Below are positions 21,037 to 31,981 of a DNA stretch of 64,000 nt, one piece after another. Positions within the stretch are counted from its first letter, which is position 1, and every line of letters starts with the position of its first letter. The position numbers and the translations under genes are program-made. The stretch comes from Minisyncoccota bacterium (lineage in GTDB: Bacteria > Patescibacteriota > Minisyncoccia > Moranbacterales > GCA-2747515): positions 10,336 to 74,335 of the forward strand of contig CALDDM010000005.1 of assembly GCA_937936355.1 (NCBI GenBank). Direction: 5' to 3'. The notes beneath the pieces are model-generated. The model searched no databases and was not told the origin of the DNA. It saw nothing but the letters and a program-made list of their open reading frames with translations.

Positions 21037-22014
21037 CTATTTACTGATCACTTCCTCCTGCGTAGCGTTGTCAGTCTCAACTTTTTTTGCTGTAGCCGGA
21101 CTGAGACTCAACAGAGATGCGCAGACCAAAATTGCCAATCCAACTTTTACATAGGATTGTAACGTTACGGTAGACATTTCGACATCTTCTAAATTTGCCT
21201 CCATGATCTTCTTTGCGCTATCCTGATCCAGATCGCTTAAACTCACCTCTTCTCCGGCGAATACCTTATTTCCAAAATGGAATAGAATTCGTATCGCACC
21301 AAGGAGAATGGTCGCAGCGATGGCTGCCATACACATGTATGTCACCAATCCTTGACCTTCGCCACCGGTAATTGCAGCTCCACCAATTACAGCTGCAAAT
21401 AATGCCACACCAAGAAACGCCAGATCTGCGGCGAAAACTATCGTTGTCTTCATGCAGTCATCTTTTGTTTTTTGCAACAAGTCTTTGCCAAAGAACTTTT
21501 GATGCGCAATTGCAAAGAAAACGATAATTACTTGTGCCATGAGGCCGATCAGCATTGCTTGAGACCACTTCATTTGTACCATAAGAGTTCCGCCAGCTAT
21601 CATGCCAGATATAATCAATTGGACAGACTCAATGATACCGACACCATCTTTCCCAGCTTTGACTGCCGCACTTGTTGATTGATTTGTTAGTGTAAATCGG
21701 TCTACGCACAAGAGTACGAGTAACAAGTAGCCAATAGCAAGTATGGCAATCAGCGGGAGCAGAACGCTATTGACCAGGCCGCTACCCCACGCACAGAGTA
21801 TGATTATGCACCAGGCAACAAATAAACCCCCTAGCCGATGAGACCATGCTCGATTCCCACCGCTTATGTCAGCGAAAATAGTTTTTGCGCTTTCCGGCAG
21901 AACTTCTTGCATACCACCTTTTTTCTTGATGAAAAATAGTGCGATTGCGATAACCGCCGCCATGCCCAAAATTGGCGATACGGATATAAAAAGGTATATA
22001 ATACCGTTCAACAT
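21037..22014 (-). CDS. multi-TM protein with DUF350-like repeats
   Basis: Repeated pattern such as DRFTL..ST...VKAGKDGVGIIESVQLI.SG resembling DUF350 units; AGGAG SD before ATG 22014. Confidence 0.55.
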   Translation of the reverse strand: MLNGIIYLFISVSPILGMAAVIAIALFFIKKKGGMQEVLPESAKTIFADISGGNRAWSHRLGGLFVAWCIIILCAWGSGLVNSVLLPLIAILAIGYLLLVLLCVDRFTLTNQSTSAAVKAGKDGVGIIESVQLIISGMIAGGTLMVQMKWSQAMLIGLMAQVIIVFFAIAHQKFFGKDLLQKTKDDCMKTTIVFAADLAFLGVALFAAVIGGAAITGGEGQGLVTYMCMAAIAATILLGAIRILFHFGNKVFAGEEVSLSDLDQDSAKKIMEANLEDVEMSTVTLQSYVKVGLAILVCASLLSLSPATAKKVETDNATQEEVISK

Positions 22015-22080
22015 TATTGGTAATCTCCTGTTAAGTTGCTGTTGCGTTTTTGTCGGATGACAGTTTATTTGCAACACTTA

Positions 22081-22109
22081 TTTATACATTATTAATAAAA
22101 CTTTGTCAA
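22081..22109 (-). promoter_or_regulatory. sigma70 promoter
   Basis: TTGACA-17 nt-TATAAA. Confidence 0.7.
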
Positions 22110-22147
22110 ATTAAAAAGCCCCTCCCTGGTTTAGGGTGGGGCTCGTT

Positions 22148-22237
22148 TTAGATAACGATCAAGAGAATGGCAGTGAGCACAAATACTGCAAGTACTCCGC
22201 GCAAAAAGTGAGCCAAGAACCATAGCACACTCCTCAC
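22148..22237 (-). CDS. 29-aa hydrophobic peptide
   Basis: MRSVLWFLAHFLRGVLAVFVLTAILLIVI; GTGA overlap with the upstream stop; ends just before a hairpin and U-tract. Confidence 0.55.
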   Translation of the reverse strand: MRSVLWFLAHFLRGVLAVFVLTAILLIVI

Positions 22238-23163
22238 GACTGCTTACTACGATTTTCTAATCGCAGACGGATTGCTTCCAAGGCGATAACCTTGATTTCA
22301 TTGCGCCTTGGCTCAGTCTTTTCCCACCACGCCTTCACGTGTATGGGGGTCACGGATGCAAAGATCGACATAATCGCGGAAACAAAAGCTACTCGCGGTC
22401 GTTTGACCTTCTTCCACAAAAACTTCACCGATCGTGCAACAACCTGCTTCGTAAAAAGAATTTTGAAAATACCCTCTACGATAAAGTACACGATTAACAC
22501 TGGCAAAATTTGCATAATGATGATGAGTGATAGCAAGCAGTCAATAACGCCCCACTTTAGCCATGCTACAAACATAGCCTTTGGGCGCATCTTTGCCCAT
22601 GCTTTCACCGACTCTCTCTGCTCTTTGAGCCAACTGTTTTCTGCCTCTAGCTTGTTATAACTAGCAAGGGCAGATGCAATGGTAATTGTTTTCACAGAAG
22701 TTCCAAGGAACACAATTTTTGCAACAGTCCAGATCGTGCTAATCGATGCCTTTAGCAAGACAAAGATCTTACTCAGGAAGACGAGAATTCCTCCTGATGA
22801 CAGCAAACTAATTACACCAAGAATCGGTGCAATCAGTGCAAAGGTTTTGCCATACGATTGCATGACCTTTTCCCAGTAAATGAGAAAGTAAACCATCTCA
22901 GCGCCAAGGATCAGCAGGATGCGAAAGCGTCGTGGCTGGATAAATCCAGCCGTCGCCACAACAACCCTACTCTCTATAGCGCGCCAGCGTAACAATAAAC
23001 CGCCAAGGATCCAAAGTGCTATACTCATGATGAGATCTAGCAATTCTTCAAATCCATGTGCAATCAATAGGTATAGCCAGCCAAGAGCAGCGCTCAGTAA
23101 ATCACGCGCTGCCTCATACAGTTCTCCACAGTACGCAGAGATCTTATTCTTGCTACTATCCAC
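22234..23163 (-). CDS. orphan cationic membrane protein
   Basis: 309-aa ORF; AAGGAG SD; several hydrophobic and K/R/W-rich helices. Confidence 0.7.
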   Translation of the reverse strand: MDSSKNKISAYCGELYEAARDLLSAALGWLYLLIAHGFEELLDLIMSIALWILGGLLLRWRAIESRVVVATAGFIQPRRFRILLILGAEMVYFLIYWEKVMQSYGKTFALIAPILGVISLLSSGGILVFLSKIFVLLKASISTIWTVAKIVFLGTSVKTITIASALASYNKLEAENSWLKEQRESVKAWAKMRPKAMFVAWLKWGVIDCLLSLIIIMQILPVLIVYFIVEGIFKILFTKQVVARSVKFLWKKVKRPRVAFVSAIMSIFASVTPIHVKAWWEKTEPRRNEIKVIALEAIRLRLENRSKQS

Positions 23164-23183
23164 ATAAATCTCCTTATGTTGTG

Positions 23184-23813
23184 TTATGTTTCGACATCGC
23201 TTACGTCAGCTGACTTTTTACCCATCACTCTCTCATAAATTTCCTTCATTTTTTTGTAGAAAATTATAAGTGGGCCGTCTATTCCAGACCGATCTAGCTC
23301 TCTACCCTGATTTCGCAGAGAAAATACCAAGCCTTCAAACCAACTCCATGCCGGCATGATCTCTGGCTTGAGGCGATCTTTTACCACTTGAACTCTTGGA
23401 TGATTCCACTTGAAATAAAGCAATGTAATTGCTGTGAGAATAACAGTGTATATAACAAACTTCAACTTGTTGTCGAGTGCCCACAGAGTCGAGTAGTATA
23501 TCGCTGCACCCAGGATCGGCCAACAGACTATCCCATACAGTATCTTACGCAAACGAAAATTAAACATATTTTGCCATAGGCCACGAACTGACCACTTAAC
23601 ATCTTGCCAGACGGTCATGTTAATATTTGGTTGCATCTTGGAACGTACTTGCTTGGCTTTTTCAACTTCACCTCGCTTCATTAATTCTCCATATTCATCC
23701 ATCTGGTTTTCAAGGTCTTTTTTTGCCTCAACACCAAATTGAACCAATGGAAGTTTCAAAATCGTGCCAGCAACTTTTATAAAAACGAGAGCTTGGCCAA
23801 CATTTAGAGCCAT
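23184..23813 (-). CDS. orphan two-TM protein
   Basis: AGGAG SD before ATG 23813; promoter TTGCTT-17-TATAAT at 23868-23896. Confidence 0.7.
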   Translation of the reverse strand: MALNVGQALVFIKVAGTILKLPLVQFGVEAKKDLENQMDEYGELMKRGEVEKAKQVRSKMQPNINMTVWQDVKWSVRGLWQNMFNFRLRKILYGIVCWPILGAAIYYSTLWALDNKLKFVIYTVILTAITLLYFKWNHPRVQVVKDRLKPEIMPAWSWFEGLVFSLRNQGRELDRSGIDGPLIIFYKKMKEIYERVMGKKSADVSDVET

Positions 23814-23930
23814 AATTTTTCTCCTGATATTATTGTTAAACAACAGATGTTCATATTCGAACTATATATTATATCACAAATTTTTAAATAAAGCAAGGGT
23901 CTGCAGCAATGCTACAGACCCCATTTACGT

Positions 23931-24815
23931 CTATTTTACAAGAGTTCCATCAGGACACTTAAATCCCTGGAAATCAAATCCCTCTTCTGTTTTTATAGTG
24001 ATGATAGGAACCTCTTGGCCTACGGATATACCATCGAGACATGTTGGTGGCTTAATTTTTTCGTACCGCACGACCTTTGGCTGGAAACCCCAATCAACAT
24101 CGTACCACTTACCGACTTCCCATGTATAGCTCCCGAAAGGAGCATTTTCAATCCCTTGCATCTGCTCTGGTTTATCAACTTTCCCGAGAAAAGTCCATAG
24201 TCGTGAGCGAGGGATGTCGATAACCACGTCTTCACTATTACGCTCAACAGTAAACGAAGCTTCTGCCGTCGTAAAAGTACTTTTTGTTATGGCCCCAGGT
24301 GGATTGTAGTGCTTTTGCTGCAAAACTGGCAATGTCATTCTTGCTGGTTGGATGAGTGATATTACAACCATCAATGCTGTAGCAACATACCAAAGGTGTG
24401 TATTTGCAGCAAGTCTTTTGTCGATTTGAGAGTTCTGCAGACCTTTCACAAATGGCCACGTTCTTAGCTTCAACCAATATGCACAAATAATGCCACACAC
24501 AGCTAACGCAAAACCAATAATTCCAAGCGGCTTGGTGAAAAGACTCATAACCCACGCCAAACCAAATGTCAACACAGTTACAACGATAATTCTGTGCAAA
24601 TATGGCACAAATATTGCCGCAGCAATCACTGCAGCAATCAACGCCACAAGATCTAAGACCTGAGGCAGTAGTAGCCACTTTGCTATAAGCGAGTAGGCTG
24701 CCATTGACAGCAAAATGAGAGCTGCAAATCCGATCTGCTTCCAGTCGAATTTTTTCTTCAAATCTGTTACCTTCTGTGTTGCTTTCTGTGTCGCCTTCTG
24801 TGTTATACCTTTCAT
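23931..24815 (-). CDS. orphan protein, about 5 TM plus soluble C-terminal domain
   Basis: GGAGG SD; N-terminal TQKA/TQKA/TQKV repeat; hydrophobic segments. Confidence 0.7.
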   Translation of the reverse strand: MKGITQKATQKATQKVTDLKKKFDWKQIGFAALILLSMAAYSLIAKWLLLPQVLDLVALIAAVIAAAIFVPYLHRIIVVTVLTFGLAWVMSLFTKPLGIIGFALAVCGIICAYWLKLRTWPFVKGLQNSQIDKRLAANTHLWYVATALMVVISLIQPARMTLPVLQQKHYNPPGAITKSTFTTAEASFTVERNSEDVVIDIPRSRLWTFLGKVDKPEQMQGIENAPFGSYTWEVGKWYDVDWGFQPKVVRYEKIKPPTCLDGISVGQEVPIITIKTEEGFDFQGFKCPDGTLVK

Positions 24816-25056
24816 TCGACCTCCCGGTCTGTAAATTATTGGTGAAATATCACGTAATAATGCAAATTGAAAATGCTATCTTTCTTATTAGGAGTACACT
24901 GTAAAATCACTTTGTTAAAGTTCAAAATATTTATATCATACTTTATATTTATTGTCAAATACAATATGAAAATGTAAATTTGACTTTATCTATATTGTGT
25001 GTTATAATTAATTTGAGTATTTTAAAAATTCTATATCCAAATATCAGGGGAAACTT

Positions 25057-25785
25057 ATGGGATACGACTTTAGCTTTTTTGGCATTGTGAAATTGTTGTT
25101 CACAAACCCAATGGCTTTGGTACTTGTTATACTTGTGATGCTGGCTGTCTACCTCTATTTTGATGAGGCGATCAAATCAGTCATCGCACATATTTTTGGC
25201 TTTCTAGATAAGCTGCTTGGGCCAATGCTTTCTGAAGTAGGCAAACGCTTGAGAGAGCTTTTCACTAGTTGGCGGCGCATCGGCGCCTTGGCGCTCGCAT
25301 TGCTGCTCGCTTTTGGAGGATATACCTTCATCACCAACAAACCTGCACGTATGGCAACAGCACAGGACAATCTCATTGAGTCCGTCTACAAGATGGCAAG
25401 CAGTGATGGATGTGTTGTCACAGTTGATCCGTATGATGACGGTGAAGACAGGACGTTTCATACGCGTATCACCTCTACGAGTAGCGGTGATAAACAGTCG
25501 TTCTCAGTTGACCTGTTCACACCCAGAGAAGGTGCCATCGCATTTGCCGACAAAGAGAACCGTGAGGAGAAATTCTCACTCACAAAAGCTGATGACGGCA
25601 ACTGGAAGATTTCCGGTGCAAAAGAAGCATTTGCGATCTCTGTTTTGGAGAGAAGCGTTGGACAGGAATGCCAGGTCATCAAGGAAGAATCTGTGAAGGG
25701 AGCGGACTCACAAGATACACCTTTTGATAATACACCTGGCACATTTACTCGAATTAAGGAAAGAGTAAAGTTCTGGGGTAAATAA
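25057..25785 (+). CDS. orphan membrane-anchored protein with extracellular domain
   Basis: 242-aa ORF; promoter TTGACT-17-TATAAT; AGGGG SD; two TM segments. Confidence 0.7.
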   Translation: MGYDFSFFGIVKLLFTNPMALVLVILVMLAVYLYFDEAIKSVIAHIFGFLDKLLGPMLSEVGKRLRELFTSWRRIGALALALLLAFGGYTFITNKPARMATAQDNLIESVYKMASSDGCVVTVDPYDDGEDRTFHTRITSTSSGDKQSFSVDLFTPREGAIAFADKENREEKFSLTKADDGNWKISGAKEAFAISVLERSVGQECQVIKEESVKGADSQDTPFDNTPGTFTRIKERVKFWGK

Positions 25786-25800
25786 ACCCCACTCGCCCAC

Positions 25801-25826
25801 AGGGCTACGTACATGTACGTAGCCCT
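25801..25826. terminator. perfect 26-bp palindrome, likely terminator of 25057..25785
   Basis: AGGGCTACGTACA|TGTACGTAGCCCT followed by TTT. Confidence 0.65.
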
Positions 25827-25895
25827 TTTGCTTTGCGACGTGGCACGTAGCTGATTTTTTGTGGCATTAAAAGAGACCCTTCCAATTGAAGGGTC

Positions 25896-26864
25896 TTAGT
25901 TTTTTTTGGACGATGCAATATATGCCCGCCACTTTTCCTGTACGATGGTCGGGATGATCTTGGTAGCGTAGACGCGCACTGGATTCTTGCGCTTGCGAAA
26001 GTACTTATACATCCTTGCCTTTACGATGCGCAAAAGTAATCTGCCGTAGTAGACGCGCGCATCATGAATTACATATGGCACCATGACACGCGTGATAAAC
26101 TCACTCACTTTACCCATGGCCACAATGAGCGCATTTGGCACAAAGTGCAAAATCACAGGTAAGATCAGGCGCCATGCCCAGGCAATCACTGAGAAAGCCT
26201 TCAAGACTACCTCCCACACAAGATCAAAAAGCAAAATATAGATGCCGAGCTTATAATGCCCAAAGAGGACAAGTATGACACACAAGATGAGTCCATACAC
26301 AAGCCTCTTTGCTCGCTCACCCGCTCTGCTCCACCACTTTATAGAACGGTCTACAATGTGAATCTGACGAATATAGCTCTGCACGACAAGTGGTAGTTGT
26401 CGCAAGATTTTGCGCTCAACACCACGAAAGAGCGTACCTATAAAAGCTATGAAAACACGTTTCGCTGCTTGTGTCAGGAAGAATCGTGTGACTAACCGAC
26501 CAGATTTTTTGAAAATCCACACTTTTGCCTCACCAAAGAGATGGTGAATGCCTGTCAGTAGGATCACGTTTTTCACACCTGAGATGATCACACCACTAAA
26601 ACCAACCACTAAGGATTTACCTGCTACGAGCATCTTCAAAGCATACGCCACAAACGGATCAATGAGTGCGAATTTAAATGCTGCAATAACCTTCATGATT
26701 GGTGCAACGATTACGTCTGCCCCTACAGCCTGCATTAGCACAGCAGACAAGGCGCAGCACATAACCACAAACCACAATTTCCAGAAAAGGAAAAGTGCGA
26801 TGTAGACTACCTCAGATATAAACCACACACTCCTCTGGAGTGTGTTTGCTATTTTTTTAAACAC
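25896..26864 (-). CDS. orphan cationic amphipathic membrane protein
   Basis: 322 aa; GGAGG SD with GTG start; rich in K/R and hydrophobic residues. Confidence 0.7.
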   Translation of the reverse strand: MFKKIANTLQRSVWFISEVVYIALFLFWKLWFVVMCCALSAVLMQAVGADVIVAPIMKVIAAFKFALIDPFVAYALKMLVAGKSLVVGFSGVIISGVKNVILLTGIHHLFGEAKVWIFKKSGRLVTRFFLTQAAKRVFIAFIGTLFRGVERKILRQLPLVVQSYIRQIHIVDRSIKWWSRAGERAKRLVYGLILCVILVLFGHYKLGIYILLFDLVWEVVLKAFSVIAWAWRLILPVILHFVPNALIVAMGKVSEFITRVMVPYVIHDARVYYGRLLLRIVKARMYKYFRKRKNPVRVYATKIIPTIVQEKWRAYIASSKKN

Positions 26865-26916
26865 TATAACCTCCAGAAATCAGTTTAATGAACTTTGTGA
26901 CAAAATGTCACAATAT

Positions 26917-26945
26917 ATTATAGTATGAATATTTAAATATGTCAA
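26917..26945 (-). promoter_or_regulatory. perfect consensus sigma70 promoter
   Basis: TTGACA-17 nt-TATAAT. Confidence 0.8.
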
Positions 26946-27010
26946 TTATATATTTATGTCAATAAAAGGACAGTAGGTTTTTACCTACTGTCCCATACAA
27001 CGAAACCTCT

Positions 27011-27799
27011 TTACTCCTGACTTTTCCGCAGCCTTATCACGCCACACACAGACTCACAAAAAAATACAATCAGACCAGCGAGAGCGCCATAAGCATGGGC
27101 CCATTTTCCAATTATTTTACCAGAAGCTGTTTGCTGTGAATCAGGTGTTGGCAATCCATAGAACAGACCCTTAAATGCATCTGCAAGTACAGATAGATCT
27201 AGCTCGTTTCCAGGCATGCCATTATGTATCACATCTTGATAGACGACAAACAAAACAAAAGTGATGATCATGATAGACACCTTCTTGCGAAGCAAAGACC
27301 TTTTCACCTCTATGTATTGACTGGTCTTTAGCGCAATGTATAGCTCAAGGTTAAAAACAACCTTCAGCGGTATATAGACAAAAAGTCCAAATATCACAGC
27401 ACTCGCACCAACTATAACCACATTGGAATATCCCCACCAGATAAATGTCCCCGACATGAGTGCAATCCACAACAAGACTCTCTTGAAGTCGTTGGAAACA
27501 TATCCAAGCAGAACCAATAAGCTAAACAGAAATGGCACATTGCCATAAAAGTGCGACTGCTCATCATGAGCAAAATGCATCAAGAAAATGCCAGGCACAC
27601 CCCCAAAAAAATCACGTGATACTAAGTAGAAAATCTTAAAAAATCCCTCGTAACCCCCAGTTGATTCGAGCAGCTTGAATACAACAAACATTATGCCGAT
27701 CAGAACTGCTTTTGCATAGATTTCCTCATCATCCACCACGCCCTTGAATGACATGGCTTGTAGTTGAGCCGTACCACTATCTGTACTTTTATAGTTCAC
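27011..27799 (-). CDS. rhomboid family intramembrane serine protease
   Basis: H....H..N (HDEQSHFYGN), catalytic GASA and WAHAYGAL.G motifs. Confidence 0.8.
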   Translation of the reverse strand: MNYKSTDSGTAQLQAMSFKGVVDDEEIYAKAVLIGIMFVVFKLLESTGGYEGFFKIFYLVSRDFFGGVPGIFLMHFAHDEQSHFYGNVPFLFSLLVLLGYVSNDFKRVLLWIALMSGTFIWWGYSNVVIVGASAVIFGLFVYIPLKVVFNLELYIALKTSQYIEVKRSLLRKKVSIMIITFVLFVVYQDVIHNGMPGNELDLSVLADAFKGLFYGLPTPDSQQTASGKIIGKWAHAYGALAGLIVFFCESVCGVIRLRKSQE

Positions 27800-28038
27800 T
27801 ATCTTGTCACCCCTTGTAAGTAGCTGTAAACGATCAGAATGTTAGAAAAACTAACATCTCATATTATCATAAAAATAACTATTTGTCAATATATTTTTAA
27901 TATCATAGAATGCACGATAATCTATAAAAAATGATCATGTGTGAGATCCAGCAAACAAAAAGCCCCGCGGTAATCGCGAGGCTTTCTTACTTGCTCTTTT
28001 TTTGCTTGCTCTATAGATTAAGCAGGCCGAGGATTGGA

Positions 28039-29774
<1,736 letters not shown>

Positions 29775-29875
29775 TTACTTCTTCACTTATTGTACTGCTC
29801 TAACAAAAACTGTCAAGACTTTACCTATAAAATCCCTCCCTTCATTTTGACCCTGTTGTCAGACCTCATTTTTCG

Positions 29876-30475
29876 TTAGTTATTTAGCATGTTTTTTTCT
29901 AGCATTCTATGTGCGTTTTTCTTTCTGTACACACCAATCATCACAATCGTTGCACAGGCTACGCCACCTATCAGCCAGCCAGCCCATGAAATATACTGAG
30001 CAATTTTCTCAAAGGCAGCACCAAAAAAGTATCCCACACACACCAGAAATGTTGTCCAAAAAATCCCACCCAAGAAGGCGGCTCCTAGAAATTTCTTGAG
30101 TGGCATATGCACCATGCCAGCTACAATAAATGTCGCCAGACATAAGCCTGTTGTAGATTTTGCTGCCAAGACGGCCCTACTCCCATGGCGATGAAAAGTT
30201 TTTTGAACCTTATGGATAAGATCTTCTGATACGCCGATATACCGTCCATACCGCAAAATAAAGGTGCGTCCCCATTGCCTGCCAATGCCATACCATAGCA
30301 CATCCCCCGCGAGGTCACCTACAACAGACAAAGCGAACACCCATCCAAGCGAAAAGTGTCCAAGCGATGCGAGAAAAGCCGCTGCAAGTGTCACAATCGG
30401 CCCCTCGATGATCATCATGAAAAACATGATGACATAACCGTATTCAATCAGAGCGCTTATCAGTTCATTGTTCAT
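29876..30475 (-). CDS. DedA family membrane protein
   Basis: IEGP, GDL.GD..WY.IGR and AG...MP.K.F motifs. Confidence 0.88.
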   Translation of the reverse strand: MNNELISALIEYGYVIMFFMMIIEGPIVTLAAAFLASLGHFSLGWVFALSVVGDLAGDVLWYGIGRQWGRTFILRYGRYIGVSEDLIHKVQKTFHRHGSRAVLAAKSTTGLCLATFIVAGMVHMPLKKFLGAAFLGGIFWTTFLVCVGYFFGAAFEKIAQYISWAGWLIGGVACATIVMIGVYRKKNAHRMLEKNMLNN

Positions 30476-30626
30476 CCACCTATTGTAGCAAAAAATACCA
30501 CACTTCACCGCGCTCACTCCTTATCGTTTACCAACTACAGAGCAGATGCTATACTAGGCACACATAATTCATTACACTTGTGTTGCTGGTAGTTCACATA
30601 TCAGTTTCACGTTACGTACCCACCCT

Positions 30627-31382
30627 ATGATTCAGCTACAAGATTTTACCGTCAAAGTCGCCGAGGAAGGCGTCCGTAAAACCATCCTGAGTGATGTAAA
30701 CTTCACATTTAAGCCGGGACACATCTACGCAGTCATGGGCCCAAATGGTTCTGGCAAATCAACGCTTGCGCGCACCATCATGGGTGATCCTGCATTCAAA
30801 CTTGCGAGCAAGTCCAAGCTCATGCTCACAGAAGAAGAAAAGAAGCGTAACATCAAAAACCTTGCTCCTAATGAGCGGGCAGGACATGGCATCTTTCTCT
30901 CAATGCAATCCCCTTTAGAAATACCTGGCGTGACAGTATTTGGTCTTTTGCGAGCCGCTACCAAGGATCGCTCAGATTTTGCAGACGTTTCAGCGCGCGA
31001 TCTCAAAAAACGTATCGATGTCATCGCTGGAGAACTCAACATTCCAGAAGAGCTTCTCAAGCGATCTCTCAATGAAGGCTTAAGTGGAGGTGAGCGAAAG
31101 AAGATAGAAGTTTTACAGATGGCAATCCTTGATCCGCGCTATATCCTTCTCGATGAGATTGATACTGGTGTAGATGTTGATGCCCTCAAGACGATTGCGT
31201 CTTTCTTGAAGAAGTTTATCAAAAATACAGATAAAACGATCATCATGATCACACACTATAATCGTATCTTGAAATACCTAAAACCCGATGAGACAATCAT
31301 TATCAAAGAAGGTACAGTTGCTGCGACGGGTGATGCGACACTTGCCAAAAGAATTGAGAAAGAAGGCTTTGAGAAAATCTAA
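30627..31382 (+). CDS. sufC: Fe-S assembly ATPase SufC
   Basis: MGPNGSGKST, NEGLSGGERK, LDEIDTG.D.DAL and ITHY.RIL motifs. Confidence 0.93.
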   Translation: MIQLQDFTVKVAEEGVRKTILSDVNFTFKPGHIYAVMGPNGSGKSTLARTIMGDPAFKLASKSKLMLTEEEKKRNIKNLAPNERAGHGIFLSMQSPLEIPGVTVFGLLRAATKDRSDFADVSARDLKKRIDVIAGELNIPEELLKRSLNEGLSGGERKKIEVLQMAILDPRYILLDEIDTGVDVDALKTIASFLKKFIKNTDKTIIMITHYNRILKYLKPDETIIIKEGTVAATGDATLAKRIEKEGFEKI

Positions 31383-31458
31383 TTCTACTGCAACCGCAAA
31401 TAACCTCAGTAGATTTTGCCGCTAGCGCTGAGCTAGTGGTTTTTTATTAGTCACCTCC

Positions 31459-31863
31459 TTATTGTGCACCGAAGGAATTTTTTATAATTTTTTCTAAGAC
31501 TTTCGCATCAACCTTCTCAAAATCTGTGATGTAAATACAACTCACAGAAGACCGCACATTACCGAGTTGCGCAACCAATTTCTTGAAGTCTTTGGTGCAT
31601 GGCACACTGTAGATTACTAGCGCAGATTTTCGTGGTGAAAAACCAACTGCAAACCATTCATATTTCTTCCCAGTTGAACGTTTATACGTGTATGTCCCAA
31701 ATCCAACAATACTCTCACCCCATATCACACCCTTCTCACCCGTGATTTTCTTCATCAGATCATAAACCATCTGTGCGTCACGACGCCGACGATCATTCCC
31801 CACTTCTGCGATGAGTTTTGTGATGCTCCTGTTCTTGTTGGGCTTCGTTTTTAAATCAGACAT
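31459..31863 (-). CDS. DUF1801 (YdhG-like) protein
   Basis: WG.SIVGFG.Y.Y, GFSPRK and SCIYI motifs. Confidence 0.8.
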   Translation of the reverse strand: MSDLKTKPNKNRSITKLIAEVGNDRRRRDAQMVYDLMKKITGEKGVIWGESIVGFGTYTYKRSTGKKYEWFAVGFSPRKSALVIYSVPCTKDFKKLVAQLGNVRSSVSCIYITDFEKVDAKVLEKIIKNSFGAQ

Positions 31864-31981
31864 ATGTATTTTCTTTAATCCTCATAGATTTATTATGCCA
31901 CATCCTCACACCTTGTAGATTCTGGATAAAGAACTTAATACGTGATAAAATGCTTCTACTCATTCCTTTTAGCACTACCGT

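Noticed and set aside
22090..22223. Alternative ATG ORF containing CxxCH (CSICAHCH)
   Set aside because: It runs through the terminator and the next promoter and has no export signal; the hydrophobic frame fits better.
26895..26913. CRP site
   Set aside because: TGTGA-TCACA spacing is 7 nt rather than 6; kept only as an unassigned palindrome.
20650..27900. Integron cassette array
   Set aside because: No repeated attC-like sites and no intI; the genes have their own promoters and mixed orientation.
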